Shown here one piece after another: positions 1-9,517 of a stretch of 19,378 nt of DNA. The translations under genes were made by a program, and so were the position numbers. Source of the DNA: Chthonomonadales bacterium (GTDB lineage: Bacteria; Armatimonadota; Chthonomonadetes; Chthonomonadales; Chthonomonadaceae); contig JBBQPO010000096.1 in the NCBI GenBank assembly GCA_038217285.1, forward strand, positions 1-19,378. Direction: 5' to 3'. The notes under the pieces are model-generated. The model was not told where the DNA came from, did no database searches, and worked only from the letters and a program-made list of their open reading frames with translations. Position 1 is the stretch's first letter; each line of letters begins with the position of its first letter.

Positions 1-120
1 CCCGCCTCCCCAGTCCTTTCCACGCCGGAAGCGGCGGCCCGTCGCCTCGCCGTTCTGGACGCGTTGGGCCGAGGAGAGATGGACGCGGTCGAGGCCGCGA
101 CCGCGCTGAGGGATCTGTAA
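1..120 (+). CDS. 3' end of a DUF2089-like protein with a C-terminal SHOCT-like motif (partial, begins before the window)
   Basis: Frame 1 is open from base 1 to TAA at 118-120 and reads PASPVLSTPEAAARRLAVLDALGRGEMDAVEAATALRDL*. It matches the 'R..IL..L..GEI...EA...L' motif and lies directly upstream of a DUF4097 gene. Confidence 0.65.
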   Translation, partial: PASPVLSTPEAAARRLAVLDALGRGEMDAVEAATALRDL

Positions 121-155
121 CCCCGATTTAGGTAACCAGAAGGAGAAATGAACTG

Positions 156-1580
156 ATGGACGATAACGTACTGCGTGTCTTGCAGATGCTGCAAGAGGGT
201 AAAATAACAGCGAAAGAGGCCGAGAGCCTGATCGCTGCCCTGCGGGGAGAGACGACGGCGCCGCCCACGCCGCCAATGCCTCCCGAGCCGCCCACTCCGC
301 CGGAAGCTCCGAGGAGTTTTCCCAATTTCGAGTTCGTCTCGCATATGAAACCCCCGAAAATAGATATAAGCGATCTCGGAGACCGCATCTCGAAAGCCGT
401 GGCGAAGGTGCAGCCGGAAAAGATCGTACGCAAAATTCAGGCAGAGCTGCGCACGGCCTCGCAGGCAGGCGCACAGTGGGGGGCAAGCTTCAGCGCCAAG
501 GTGCGCACCTGGACCGATGGCAGCGATGCCCGCCCGTCCAATGTCGGCGGGTTGCCGGAGCATACTGAGACCTATGAGCCGGCGGTGACCCTGGAACCCG
601 GCGCGGGCGTCTTCGTGGAGAACCCGCTCGGGAACGTGTTGATCACGGGGATCGCGGAAGGCGCCGCCTCGGTCCATATTCGCAAAACGGTCTGGGGCAC
701 GCAGCAGGAGGGGCTCAAGGCGCTCGCCAACCAGATGGAGGTCGATCTGCAGGGTATGGACGGCAAACTGGAGATCAAGGTCAGCACGCCGGACGCCTTC
801 CACGACGGCACCGTCGATATCGAGTTGCGGGTGCCGCGCTCCGCGCTGGTACGGGCCAGCACGACGTATGGAGATGTCGAAGTCAGCGCAGTCGATGGAC
901 GTGTTGAAGCGGTGACCCGCACCGGGGCGCTGCGCCTGCACGACCTGGGCGGCGATGTGCGCGGCGAGACCGTGACCGGCGAGCTGCGCCTGGAGCGCAT
1001 TGTGGGCTCCGTCACGGTCGCCTCGCAGAGCGGCAGCATCTCGGCGGAAAGCATTCAGCGCGGCCTCTCGGCGAACACCGCCAGTGGCGAAGTGACGGCG
1101 GTCGGCATCGAGGGCGGGCGCGTGGAGTGCAAGTCGGTTTCCGGCGATGTGCGGGCCGAACGGATCGGTCTGGAGGCTCCACTCGACATCACCGTCGAAT
1201 CGGTGAGCGGCGATGTGACCCTGACAGAAGCAAGCGGCAATATCGCGCTCAAAGCCGTTTCCGGAGATGTCCTGACTTCCGGCATCAAGACCACGCGTCT
1301 GCAGGCGCAGACCGTGAGCGGCGATGTGGGCCTGCATCTAATCGAGGTGTTCTCCGGCACCATGCAGGTCAACACGGTCTCCGGCGATGTCGAGATCGCG
1401 CTGGTCGAAGGCAGTAACGCACGGGCCTTGCTGAGCACCGCGTCCGGCGAACTGCGCTGCGACCACGACGCCCATGAGGTCGTCGCGACGGAGCGACTCT
1501 GGACCGGCCAGATCGGAACCGGCGCCGGGACCCTCAATGTCCAGACGATTTCCGGCGATGCGCATATTCACCGCGTCTGA
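156..1580 (+). CDS. DUF4097 (beta-strand repeat, YvlB/LiaX-like) protein with an N-terminal SHOCT-like motif
   Basis: 474 aa with AAGGAG RBS. N-terminal VLRVLQMLQEGKITAKEAESLIAAL, a Pro-rich linker, then many 'T/S-V-S-G-D-V' repeats. Confidence 0.85.
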   Translation: MDDNVLRVLQMLQEGKITAKEAESLIAALRGETTAPPTPPMPPEPPTPPEAPRSFPNFEFVSHMKPPKIDISDLGDRISKAVAKVQPEKIVRKIQAELRTASQAGAQWGASFSAKVRTWTDGSDARPSNVGGLPEHTETYEPAVTLEPGAGVFVENPLGNVLITGIAEGAASVHIRKTVWGTQQEGLKALANQMEVDLQGMDGKLEIKVSTPDAFHDGTVDIELRVPRSALVRASTTYGDVEVSAVDGRVEAVTRTGALRLHDLGGDVRGETVTGELRLERIVGSVTVASQSGSISAESIQRGLSANTASGEVTAVGIEGGRVECKSVSGDVRAERIGLEAPLDITVESVSGDVTLTEASGNIALKAVSGDVLTSGIKTTRLQAQTVSGDVGLHLIEVFSGTMQVNTVSGDVEIALVEGSNARALLSTASGELRCDHDAHEVVATERLWTGQIGTGAGTLNVQTISGDAHIHRV

Positions 1581-1609
1581 GGACAGCCTCCGAGGCGCGA
1601 GGAGACCGT

Positions 1610-2173
1610 ATGAATGAGATAGAGAAAGACCGTATTCTGCAACTGGTGGCGGAAGGGATCATCAAGCCCGCGGAAGGGGCCAGTCTGCTGGCGGCGTTGT
1701 CGGAGCAGCCTTCCCCTCCACCCGTCGTGCAGAGAGCGGCCGGGGTCAGGCCGACGCCGGGCCCCGCGCCGAAGTCGAGTGTGATGGAAGTGGATATGAA
1801 GCGGCCGGACGGCTCGCATCATAAGATCGAGGTTCCCTCGAACCTGTTCCCGATGTTCTGGGCCATCGCCAGCGAATCGATCAAGGAGTCCACGAAAGTG
1901 GCAGCACAGGAGACCTGGCAGGGCTTCAAGAACATCGTGCGCAACAAGTCGGTCGAGGTCAGGAATGGTGTGAAGACGCGCATCGCTGCGGTCGGCAGCC
2001 CGAAGCAGATGGCAGCGCCGGTAGTCGGGCCGACGCCGGCGGAGGATCGGCGGGACGAAGCGAGGCGGCAGATTCTGCAGATGGTACAGAACGGCCGCCT
2101 GACCGCCGAGGATGCGAGCGGACTGATTCAGCAACTGGACGCGCTGCACGCCTACGAGCAGCAAACTTCTTAG
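1610..2173 (+). CDS. Hypothetical protein with SHOCT-like motifs at both termini
   Basis: 187 aa with GAGGAG RBS. N-terminal EKDRILQLVAEGIIKPAEGASLLAAL and C-terminal ARRQILQMVQNGRLTAEDASGLIQQL. Confidence 0.8.
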   Translation: MNEIEKDRILQLVAEGIIKPAEGASLLAALSEQPSPPPVVQRAAGVRPTPGPAPKSSVMEVDMKRPDGSHHKIEVPSNLFPMFWAIASESIKESTKVAAQETWQGFKNIVRNKSVEVRNGVKTRIAAVGSPKQMAAPVVGPTPAEDRRDEARRQILQMVQNGRLTAEDASGLIQQLDALHAYEQQTS

Positions 2174-2240
2174 GGTGCTGAAACCGTCTGGTGAGTAAGA
2201 GTGTCCTGATAGACTGAATCCGAACGGTGGGGAGAAGCGT

Positions 2241-3053
2241 GTGGAACTCAACCCGGTATTCATCAATGAACTGCGTCAGAGTCCCTTTCGGCGGAAGCCC
2301 GCTCTGACGATCGTTCTGTGGGGCGTGGCGGCCTTCTTCCTTATGTGGATGGCGCGTTCCATCGAGGCTCCCACATCGATGTTCTGGATTCCCATTCTCG
2401 CCCTGCCGTTTCTGGTGCCGAGCTTTGCGGCCGGGGCCTTCGCCAAGGAGTACGAGCAGCAGACCTGGCAGGATCTTTTCCTCACCAACCTGACCAATTT
2501 TCAGGTCGTCATGGGCAAGTTCTGGGCCGCCATGCTGCAGACGGCTTTCCCTCTGTTGGCGCTGGTGCCTGCGCTGGGACTGATCCTGGCCCGGGCCGTG
2601 ACCCAGTCTGTTCAGGGCACGGGCGGTAGCGTCAGCCCCGGCGACGAGGTCGTGAGCATGGGGTACGACGGCCTGCCCATGATCGCCTTATTCATGACTC
2701 TCTTCGCGGTGAAACTGGTGTTTCTCTCGGGGCTCTATGTGCTGATCGGCATGGTCTGCTCACGCTACAGCACGAGCCGACGCGGCGCACTCATCTGGAA
2801 CTACGTCGTGATGTTCGGCTTTACCTTCCTGGGGTCGATGGTATGGCAGTTGGCTTCCAATGGATACAACTCCACGGTCGTCAATGCGGGCCACATGATG
2901 GATAGCCGCTTTCTGCCTGTCGGATTCATGGAGGGGCCGCATCTGCTATTTTGTTCGGTGGCCGGGCTGGGCAGTTGTTTCCTCCTCTGGATCAGCCTGA
3001 GCGAGCAGCGCGGCTATCAGGAGCGCCAGCAGGGAACCGTCGGCCAGGGCTGA
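2241..3053 (+). CDS. ABC-2-type transporter permease-like membrane protein
   Basis: 270 aa, GTG start with GGAG upstream, about 6 hydrophobic segments. Motifs NPVFINELR and AGAFAKEYEQQTWQDLFLTNL...VVMGKF. Confidence 0.8.
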   Translation: MELNPVFINELRQSPFRRKPALTIVLWGVAAFFLMWMARSIEAPTSMFWIPILALPFLVPSFAAGAFAKEYEQQTWQDLFLTNLTNFQVVMGKFWAAMLQTAFPLLALVPALGLILARAVTQSVQGTGGSVSPGDEVVSMGYDGLPMIALFMTLFAVKLVFLSGLYVLIGMVCSRYSTSRRGALIWNYVVMFGFTFLGSMVWQLASNGYNSTVVNAGHMMDSRFLPVGFMEGPHLLFCSVAGLGSCFLLWISLSEQRGYQERQQGTVGQG

Positions 3054-3095
3054 AAAGGCACTAAAGAAGCGGCCTGAAATTCAAACCCCGCTGCA

Positions 3096-3134
3096 GCGCC
3101 CGGTAAGAACCTCTTATCGGGCGCCTTCCCTTGT
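3096..3134 (+). terminator. Putative intrinsic terminator hairpin after the permease gene
   Basis: GCGCCCGGTAAGA-ACC-TCTTATCGGGCGC: 13-bp stem with one G-U pair, followed by a pyrimidine-rich tract rather than a clean U run. Confidence 0.5.
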
Positions 3135-3139
3135 TGCGC

Positions 3140-3168
3140 TTGCCTTTTGCGGGAAATCGCGCTATCAT
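3140..3168 (+). promoter_or_regulatory. Putative sigma70 promoter for obgE-proB
   Basis: TTGCCT (3140-3145), 17-nt spacer, TATCAT (3163-3168), 57 nt before the obgE ATG. Confidence 0.55.
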
Positions 3169-3183
3169 AGAGATATAAAATAG

Positions 3184-4575
<1,392 letters not shown>

Positions 4576-4608
4576 CGCGACCACTGTTGTGCGAATGAAT
4601 GGAAGGCT

Positions 4609-5760
4609 ATGAGCGTTGCGCGCATGGTGGTCAAAGTCGGGACGAGCACCCTGACGGATCGGCACGGTCGAATCGACCGTGCCTTTATCGCGGATCTGAC
4701 GGCACAGCTCGCGGCGCTGCGAGAGCAGGGCTGCGAGGTGCTGCTGGTCACGTCCGGGGCGATCCGGGCAGGGCGGGAGGCCCTGGAGGCGCGCGGCGCG
4801 ACAGGCGCGCTCTCCGCGAAGGCCGTCGAGACCCTGCCCTTCAAGCAGGCCGCCGCCGCCGTCGGGCAGGGCCGGCTCATGCACACCTACACCGAGGCGT
4901 TCGCGTGGCGAAATGTGGACTGCGCGCAGGTGCTCCTGACCCGCGACGACCTCGACGACCGCCGTCGCTTCCTGAACGCCCGCAACACGCTGCTGGCATT
5001 GCTGGAGATGGGCATCGTCCCGGTCATCAACGAAAACGATACCGTTGCGGTCGATGAGATCAAGTTCGGCGACAACGACGCTCTTGCTGCTCTGGTCGCC
5101 ACCCTCGTAGAGGCCGATCTGCTGCTCATTCTCTCGGATGTCGAGGGCCTCTACGCCGAACCGCCCGTTCCCCATGCGCCTCTTCCCGAGTTGATCCGCA
5201 CTGTCACCCGCGTCGATGAGACGCTGACCGCCCTCGCCGGAACTTCCACTAGCGGCGTCGGCACCGGCGGCATGCGCACCAAGCTGGAGGCGGCGCGCAT
5301 CGCCACCGCCGCCGGAATTCGCACCGTGATCGCGCGCGGCCGGCGCGAGCGAGTCGTCTTCGAGGTCGTCTCCGGTGAGCCGACCGGCACGACCTTTCTG
5401 CCTCTCCCCGGCTCCGACCGCCTGTCCGCCCGCAAACGCTGGATCGCTCACAGCGCCCGCCCGCGCGGCTCCGTCACGGTCAACGCCCGCGCCCAGGAGC
5501 GCCTGCTGCGCCACGGGGTCAGCCTCCTCGCGGCGGGCATCGTCGATGTCTCCGGCACATTCAACGTCGGGGATCTGATCGAGATATGCGTGGAGGGTGG
5601 AGGCGCTTTCGGGCGCGGCCTCACCAACTATGCGGCCTCCGAAGTGCGCCGCGTTGTCGGTCTGCACAGCGAGCAGTTCGAAGCCGTCCTCGGCTATCGT
5701 GGCTCCGAAGAGATCATCCACCGCGACAACCTCGTCATCGATGCCCAGCCTCGGTCTTAA
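4609..5760 (+). CDS. proB: Glutamate 5-kinase with C-terminal PUA domain
   Basis: Motifs VVKVGTS, VTSGA, QAAAAVGQ, PVINENDTV, FGDND, GTGGMRTK and IIHRDNL. Confidence 0.97.
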   Translation: MSVARMVVKVGTSTLTDRHGRIDRAFIADLTAQLAALREQGCEVLLVTSGAIRAGREALEARGATGALSAKAVETLPFKQAAAAVGQGRLMHTYTEAFAWRNVDCAQVLLTRDDLDDRRRFLNARNTLLALLEMGIVPVINENDTVAVDEIKFGDNDALAALVATLVEADLLLILSDVEGLYAEPPVPHAPLPELIRTVTRVDETLTALAGTSTSGVGTGGMRTKLEAARIATAAGIRTVIARGRRERVVFEVVSGEPTGTTFLPLPGSDRLSARKRWIAHSARPRGSVTVNARAQERLLRHGVSLLAAGIVDVSGTFNVGDLIEICVEGGGAFGRGLTNYAASEVRRVVGLHSEQFEAVLGYRGSEEIIHRDNLVIDAQPRS

Positions 5761-5784
5761 GGAATGATTAAAGCTGTCGGAAGA

Positions 5785-6918
5785 TTAAGAAGGTGATGTT
5801 TCCGCCTGTGGTCTCAGATCTATCAGTTTCTGTAGGAAGGTTTGGGCGGCGCTGACATCCACCTCTTCTACAAAGTCAGGGTCGAAGAGCGACGTCAAAT
5901 CGCCCGAAAGTTGGGTGCCACCGCGCGAATTGCGCCCTGACCAGTGGAACTGAATGCGTGTCGCGTTCAAGATCACTTTGTCGAAAATGGAAACCAGACA
6001 GGTTACAATGAACTCTTCTTCTACGTTGACGCCGACTAAATAGAACGAGACGACGGTGTCTCCGTCTGATAATGCCTGAAGTATTTTGTCAATATGGTAG
6101 CTCCTCGGATTGGACGAAAGGCTGAGTATCTTTGTCTTGATGTCTATCTTGACTTCGGTACCGACCTTCAATGTGTGACTTGCATCTTCGACGCTGTGGA
6201 AATTTCCTGCCTGCGTGATGATCTGTTCAATTGAGTTGCCACGCAGGTTGACGTTGTCAATGTGTCCTGCGGCGAGGATCGCCTCTTTGTTTTCCTGCAC
6301 GCGTCTGTTAAGATCGGCGTACAGTTGAAGATATTCCGGATGCTGGCTCAACCTACGAGCGATTTTCGGTGCTTGCAAAATATGCTTCGTCTGCTCCTGA
6401 GAGGGCTCAAACCGAACGCCTGTTGCGACAATACCGGTAGTCTGCTCGACAAGGCGTTCCAGATTCTCATTCCATGTCTCTTGGGAATGCAACTCGAACA
6501 AGGCGTCAAAATTGGCGGGTGAATTGTTCAGATGCGCATAGGTACGGTTAATATCGCTGCCGTTAAAACTGCCACGCAAGTTGTCCACAGTCAACCGCTG
6601 TGAACTGTGGCTGATCTTCTTCAAAAAGGTGGTGTTTGCCATCAACAGTTCGATACCAGACGGTCTGACAATGCAGACGAGGAAGGGCGTATGATCGTAC
6701 CTCAGTAGGGCAGACAACCCCAATACGGTGTTGGAGAATGATTGGCCGCCGGCATGGGAAAAACGAATGGCAAACTCCGGGCGACTATAGACAGACCGCG
6801 CTTTTTGCAGGCTGAATTGAGCGGCCGTTGCGCGAGCGAGTTCGTCTTTTGAGCAGCCGGGGCGGTTCTGAACATAGGTCTCCATAAACGTGGTCAGTTC
6901 CTCAAGCGGTTTCCGCAT
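5785..6918 (-). CDS. Putative restriction endonuclease (hypothetical protein paired with a DNA methyltransferase)
   Basis: 377 aa from ATG 6918; an alternative TTG at 6942 has a GAGGAAGG RBS and overlaps the methyltransferase end. Co-oriented, 7 nt after the methyltransferase stop. Candidate PD-(D/E)xK motif: E...EDASHTLKVGTEVKIDIKTK. Confidence 0.6.
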   Translation of the reverse strand: MRKPLEELTTFMETYVQNRPGCSKDELARATAAQFSLQKARSVYSRPEFAIRFSHAGGQSFSNTVLGLSALLRYDHTPFLVCIVRPSGIELLMANTTFLKKISHSSQRLTVDNLRGSFNGSDINRTYAHLNNSPANFDALFELHSQETWNENLERLVEQTTGIVATGVRFEPSQEQTKHILQAPKIARRLSQHPEYLQLYADLNRRVQENKEAILAAGHIDNVNLRGNSIEQIITQAGNFHSVEDASHTLKVGTEVKIDIKTKILSLSSNPRSYHIDKILQALSDGDTVVSFYLVGVNVEEEFIVTCLVSIFDKVILNATRIQFHWSGRNSRGGTQLSGDLTSLFDPDFVEEVDVSAAQTFLQKLIDLRPQAETSPS

Positions 6919-6925
6919 CGGAGGA

Positions 6926-7918
6926 CTAGGCGAAGATGTCAAGACTGCCTTCCTCTTTTGGGATCGTCTTCTGCACTGAGAGCGTGTTTCGTTCCCAAAA
7001 AACCCCTTCAGTAAAGCCCTGAATTTCGTGATTCGTTTCGGCCAGTTCCAGACGTCTCTCTGCAAGACAGCAGTACTCCTCATCGCACTCAATGCCTAGA
7101 TACTGACGTCCTAACTTCCTTGCGACCACAGAGGTGGTTCCACTTCCTAGAAAAGGATCCAGGACAAAGTCGCCGGGATTCGTACTTGCCAACAAAAGCT
7201 TCGCCAGGAGTTTTTCGCTCTTCTGAGTGGGATGATCCGTGTTTTCGGGCATGGACCAGAACGGGATGGTAATGTCGGTCCATAGGTTGGAAGGATAAGT
7301 ATCCCGGTAGTTGCCGTTCGCAGTGCGTTGCCAGTCTTTGGGCTGTCCTTCGGCATCGGTATAGGGTGCAATGACCTTTCGACGCAATTTGACGGCATCT
7401 ACGTTAAAGGTGTAGGTGTCGGAGACGGTACAAAACCAGATGTCTTCGCTGGCGTTTTTGAAATTGGTCTCTGCTCCTCGTCCCTTCTCTCGCTCCCAGG
7501 TGATCCGATTACGGATGATGAGATGGTCGGACGCTGCCGAAAAGATGGAATGCGAGGTGAACCAGTCGCCGCAGATATAGACAGTAGCGGTTGGTTTCAG
7601 CAGGGGCATCAGTTCGCTTAGAACGTTGCCGAGCCAGTCAGTATACTCCTGAACGCTGCGTCGTGCAAATTTATTTCCGTTGAACGATTTGTTAAGATTA
7701 TAGGGAGGATCGAGAAACAGGAAATCCACCTGCGCGAGTGGCAGCGTTCCTACCCACTGTCGGTAATCGCCCTGTATCGTGCCAATAGGTAACTCCGTCA
7801 GACGCGCCGAAGGAACGTCTCGAAGAAGCATAGGCAACAGGCGTGCGCAATCGGCCTCGCTGAGACAGAGTGTCCGGTTCCGGCCCGCTCGTTGTTTCTC
7901 AATTGACGATGGATCCAA
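6926..7918 (-). CDS. Site-specific DNA methyltransferase, N6_N4_Mtase family, beta class
   Basis: 330 aa, TTG start with GAGGAGG RBS. Catalytic DPPY precedes HPTQKS and the SAM-binding LDPFLGSGTT (beta motif order). Confidence 0.93.
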   Translation of the reverse strand: MDPSSIEKQRAGRNRTLCLSEADCARLLPMLLRDVPSARLTELPIGTIQGDYRQWVGTLPLAQVDFLFLDPPYNLNKSFNGNKFARRSVQEYTDWLGNVLSELMPLLKPTATVYICGDWFTSHSIFSAASDHLIIRNRITWEREKGRGAETNFKNASEDIWFCTVSDTYTFNVDAVKLRRKVIAPYTDAEGQPKDWQRTANGNYRDTYPSNLWTDITIPFWSMPENTDHPTQKSEKLLAKLLLASTNPGDFVLDPFLGSGTTSVVARKLGRQYLGIECDEEYCCLAERRLELAETNHEIQGFTEGVFWERNTLSVQKTIPKEEGSLDIFA

Positions 7919-8052
7919 ATCTACAACCTCCTCATCCGTTCGCTTATGTTCACTCCCACAGGCAGAGTATCAACATAGTTTTGCCACGATGCAGCCGTGA
8001 GGTTCTCCGCGTATTCTTTAACGCTTACCAGATACGCTGTGCATGTCCTGTA

Positions 8053-8081
8053 ACCGTATCCGCATGAATGGCCGGTGTCAA
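8053..8081 (-). promoter_or_regulatory. Possible sigma70 promoter for the methyltransferase-endonuclease operon
   Basis: Minus strand reads TTGACA (8081-8076), 17 nt, TACGGT (8058-8053). The -35 is perfect and the -10 is weak. Confidence 0.35.
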
Positions 8082-8226
8082 GAAACAATTCTCCGTAAGA
8101 GAATACAACCCCTCCTTTTCAAGACGCCGAAAAGTCCCCGCTGACGCCATGCGTTTTGCGATTGGGAATTCCATGGAGCATAAAACAAGCTATAATTTTC
8201 ATTTTGCCTGAATTTGGGTATACGAT

Positions 8227-8420
8227 TTTCCATCGGCGCTTATGCCAGCGTGCTTTTCTGTCTTGGGTTGGAGCAGGATTTGGAGGCGCTTGCCAATGAC
8301 GATGTGCTGGGCCGCAAACTCCAGGATGCAGAACTCACAATCAAACGCCGTGCCCCGCGCCGACCGCCTGTCGCCCTGGAAAGCTCGACGGCTCCGCCGA
8401 GCCAGGAAAAAACTCCATGA
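8227..8420 (+). pseudogene. 5'-truncated XRE/HipB-like antitoxin (C-terminal half only)
   Basis: [41 protein letters not shown] resembles the C-terminus of HTH regulators found upstream of hipA. No HTH part is present, and there is an in-frame stop just upstream. Its TGA overlaps the next ATG (ATGA, 8417-8420). Confidence 0.7.
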
Positions 8421-8634
8421 AGCGTGCTCTCCAACGGGAAATCGAGGTGTGGGCCGATTGGGAGGCTCTCGGTCAGCCCATTCAGATGGGAACGCTGACT
8501 GCTACCCCAGCCGAGGAGATACGCTGGATTCGGGTGCGTGGGAACTGCTGATCCATCGGCTTGCTGGCCAGGCAGGTCTGGACGTCTCCGAAGGTCAGGC
8601 CCGCACGTTCAACACGCCGCGTCATACCTTCCTG
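8417..8634 (+). pseudogene. HipA-family kinase toxin relic (internal deletion plus 3' truncation)
   Basis: [30 protein letters not shown] is joined out of frame at the C-run 8505-8508 to PSRGDTLDSGAWELLIHRLAGQAGLDVSEGQARTFNTPRHTFL, a HipA_C segment that stops short of the expected RFDR motif. Confidence 0.75.
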
Positions 8635-8713
8635 CCTACAATCAGAGCAAACCTGTCTCACCGTCACTCTGGTGGAGAGGTGGACCCACTTACCTCACAA
8701 CGGAGAAAAAAAG

Positions 8714-9460
8714 ATGCCCACACCAAAAACTGCACCCGCCGTGAACGACTGGGAACAGCCTCTGGCCCTGATCGTGTTCACCCGACGTCTCTCCCTGATG
8801 CTGGATGCAGGCGTTTCTCTGCTGCGCGCCCTGGAGATCCTGCAGGAGATGCCGTCTCCCTATGGCGAGGCGGCACGCCGGCTGCACTCCGAAGTAGAAA
8901 ACGGGAAGTTTCTCTCCATGGCTATGTCGCAAAGGCCCGATCTGTTTCCTCCGGTCTATGTCGGCATGATTCGTGCAGGGGAAGTGGGCCGTATTCTCGA
9001 AGAGACCGTGCAGCGCTTGAAAAAGGTGCTGGCCCGAGAATGGAATCTGGCCAACCGGCATCCTTCCCAGGAATCACCGCTCTTTCTGCTGCTTCCCGCA
9101 GGCAGATCCTTACCGGGAACGTGGGAAGCGCTGTCGGACTATCAGCAGACGGTCACGCTCAGCCTCTTCTTCGAAACCTTCGGGACGCTGCTGCAGTCGG
9201 GCGTCCCCATCGTGCAGGCCATGCAGACGGTGGGGGATCTGCTTCCGGAAGCCTCCAGGGAGGGCTGGACGCAGGTCATCGGCCTGGTCTATCCCGCGGG
9301 AAAGCTTTTCTCACCTGGTATGCAGCGGATGGGGATCTTTCCGGATTTCGCCGTGGAGATGATCCGTATCGATGAGGAGAGCGGCTCTCTGGATTCGATG
9401 ATGCACCGCCTGGCGGAGTCGTTCGAAGATGATCTGGAATATCAGTTTCTTCCCCAGTAG
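8714..9460 (+). CDS. Type II secretion F / PilC-like protein with two T2SSF domains and no evident transmembrane helices
   Basis: 248 aa, ATG 8714 with GGAG upstream. Domain 1: FTRRLSLMLDAGVSLLRAL...FPPVYVGMIRAGEVG. Domain 2: FFETFGTLLQSGVPIVQAM...FPDFAVEMIRIDEESGSLDSMM. Confidence 0.8.
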   Translation: MPTPKTAPAVNDWEQPLALIVFTRRLSLMLDAGVSLLRALEILQEMPSPYGEAARRLHSEVENGKFLSMAMSQRPDLFPPVYVGMIRAGEVGRILEETVQRLKKVLAREWNLANRHPSQESPLFLLLPAGRSLPGTWEALSDYQQTVTLSLFFETFGTLLQSGVPIVQAMQTVGDLLPEASREGWTQVIGLVYPAGKLFSPGMQRMGIFPDFAVEMIRIDEESGSLDSMMHRLAESFEDDLEYQFLPQ

Positions 9461-9517
9461 CCTGAATTTCCGTCAAAAAGATGCAGGCCATCCAGCAGTT
9501 ATGAAGGGATACCTTGG

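Noticed and set aside
6943..7092. N-terminal extension of the putative endonuclease in the ORF track
   Set aside because: It lies inside the methyltransferase gene; starts at 6918 or 6942 are more plausible. The track's starts for obgE, icd, mdh, the PilC-like gene and 15526 were trimmed for similar reasons.
7920..8090. Possible ~55-codon minus-strand ORF (controller protein) upstream of the methyltransferase
   Set aside because: It has no HTH signature, no properly spaced RBS and no C-box-like repeats.
8242..9375. 377-aa plus-strand ORF as a real gene
   Set aside because: It overlaps the antitoxin relic and the PilC-like gene out of frame. Only about 8506-8634 is protein-like (the HipA fragment).
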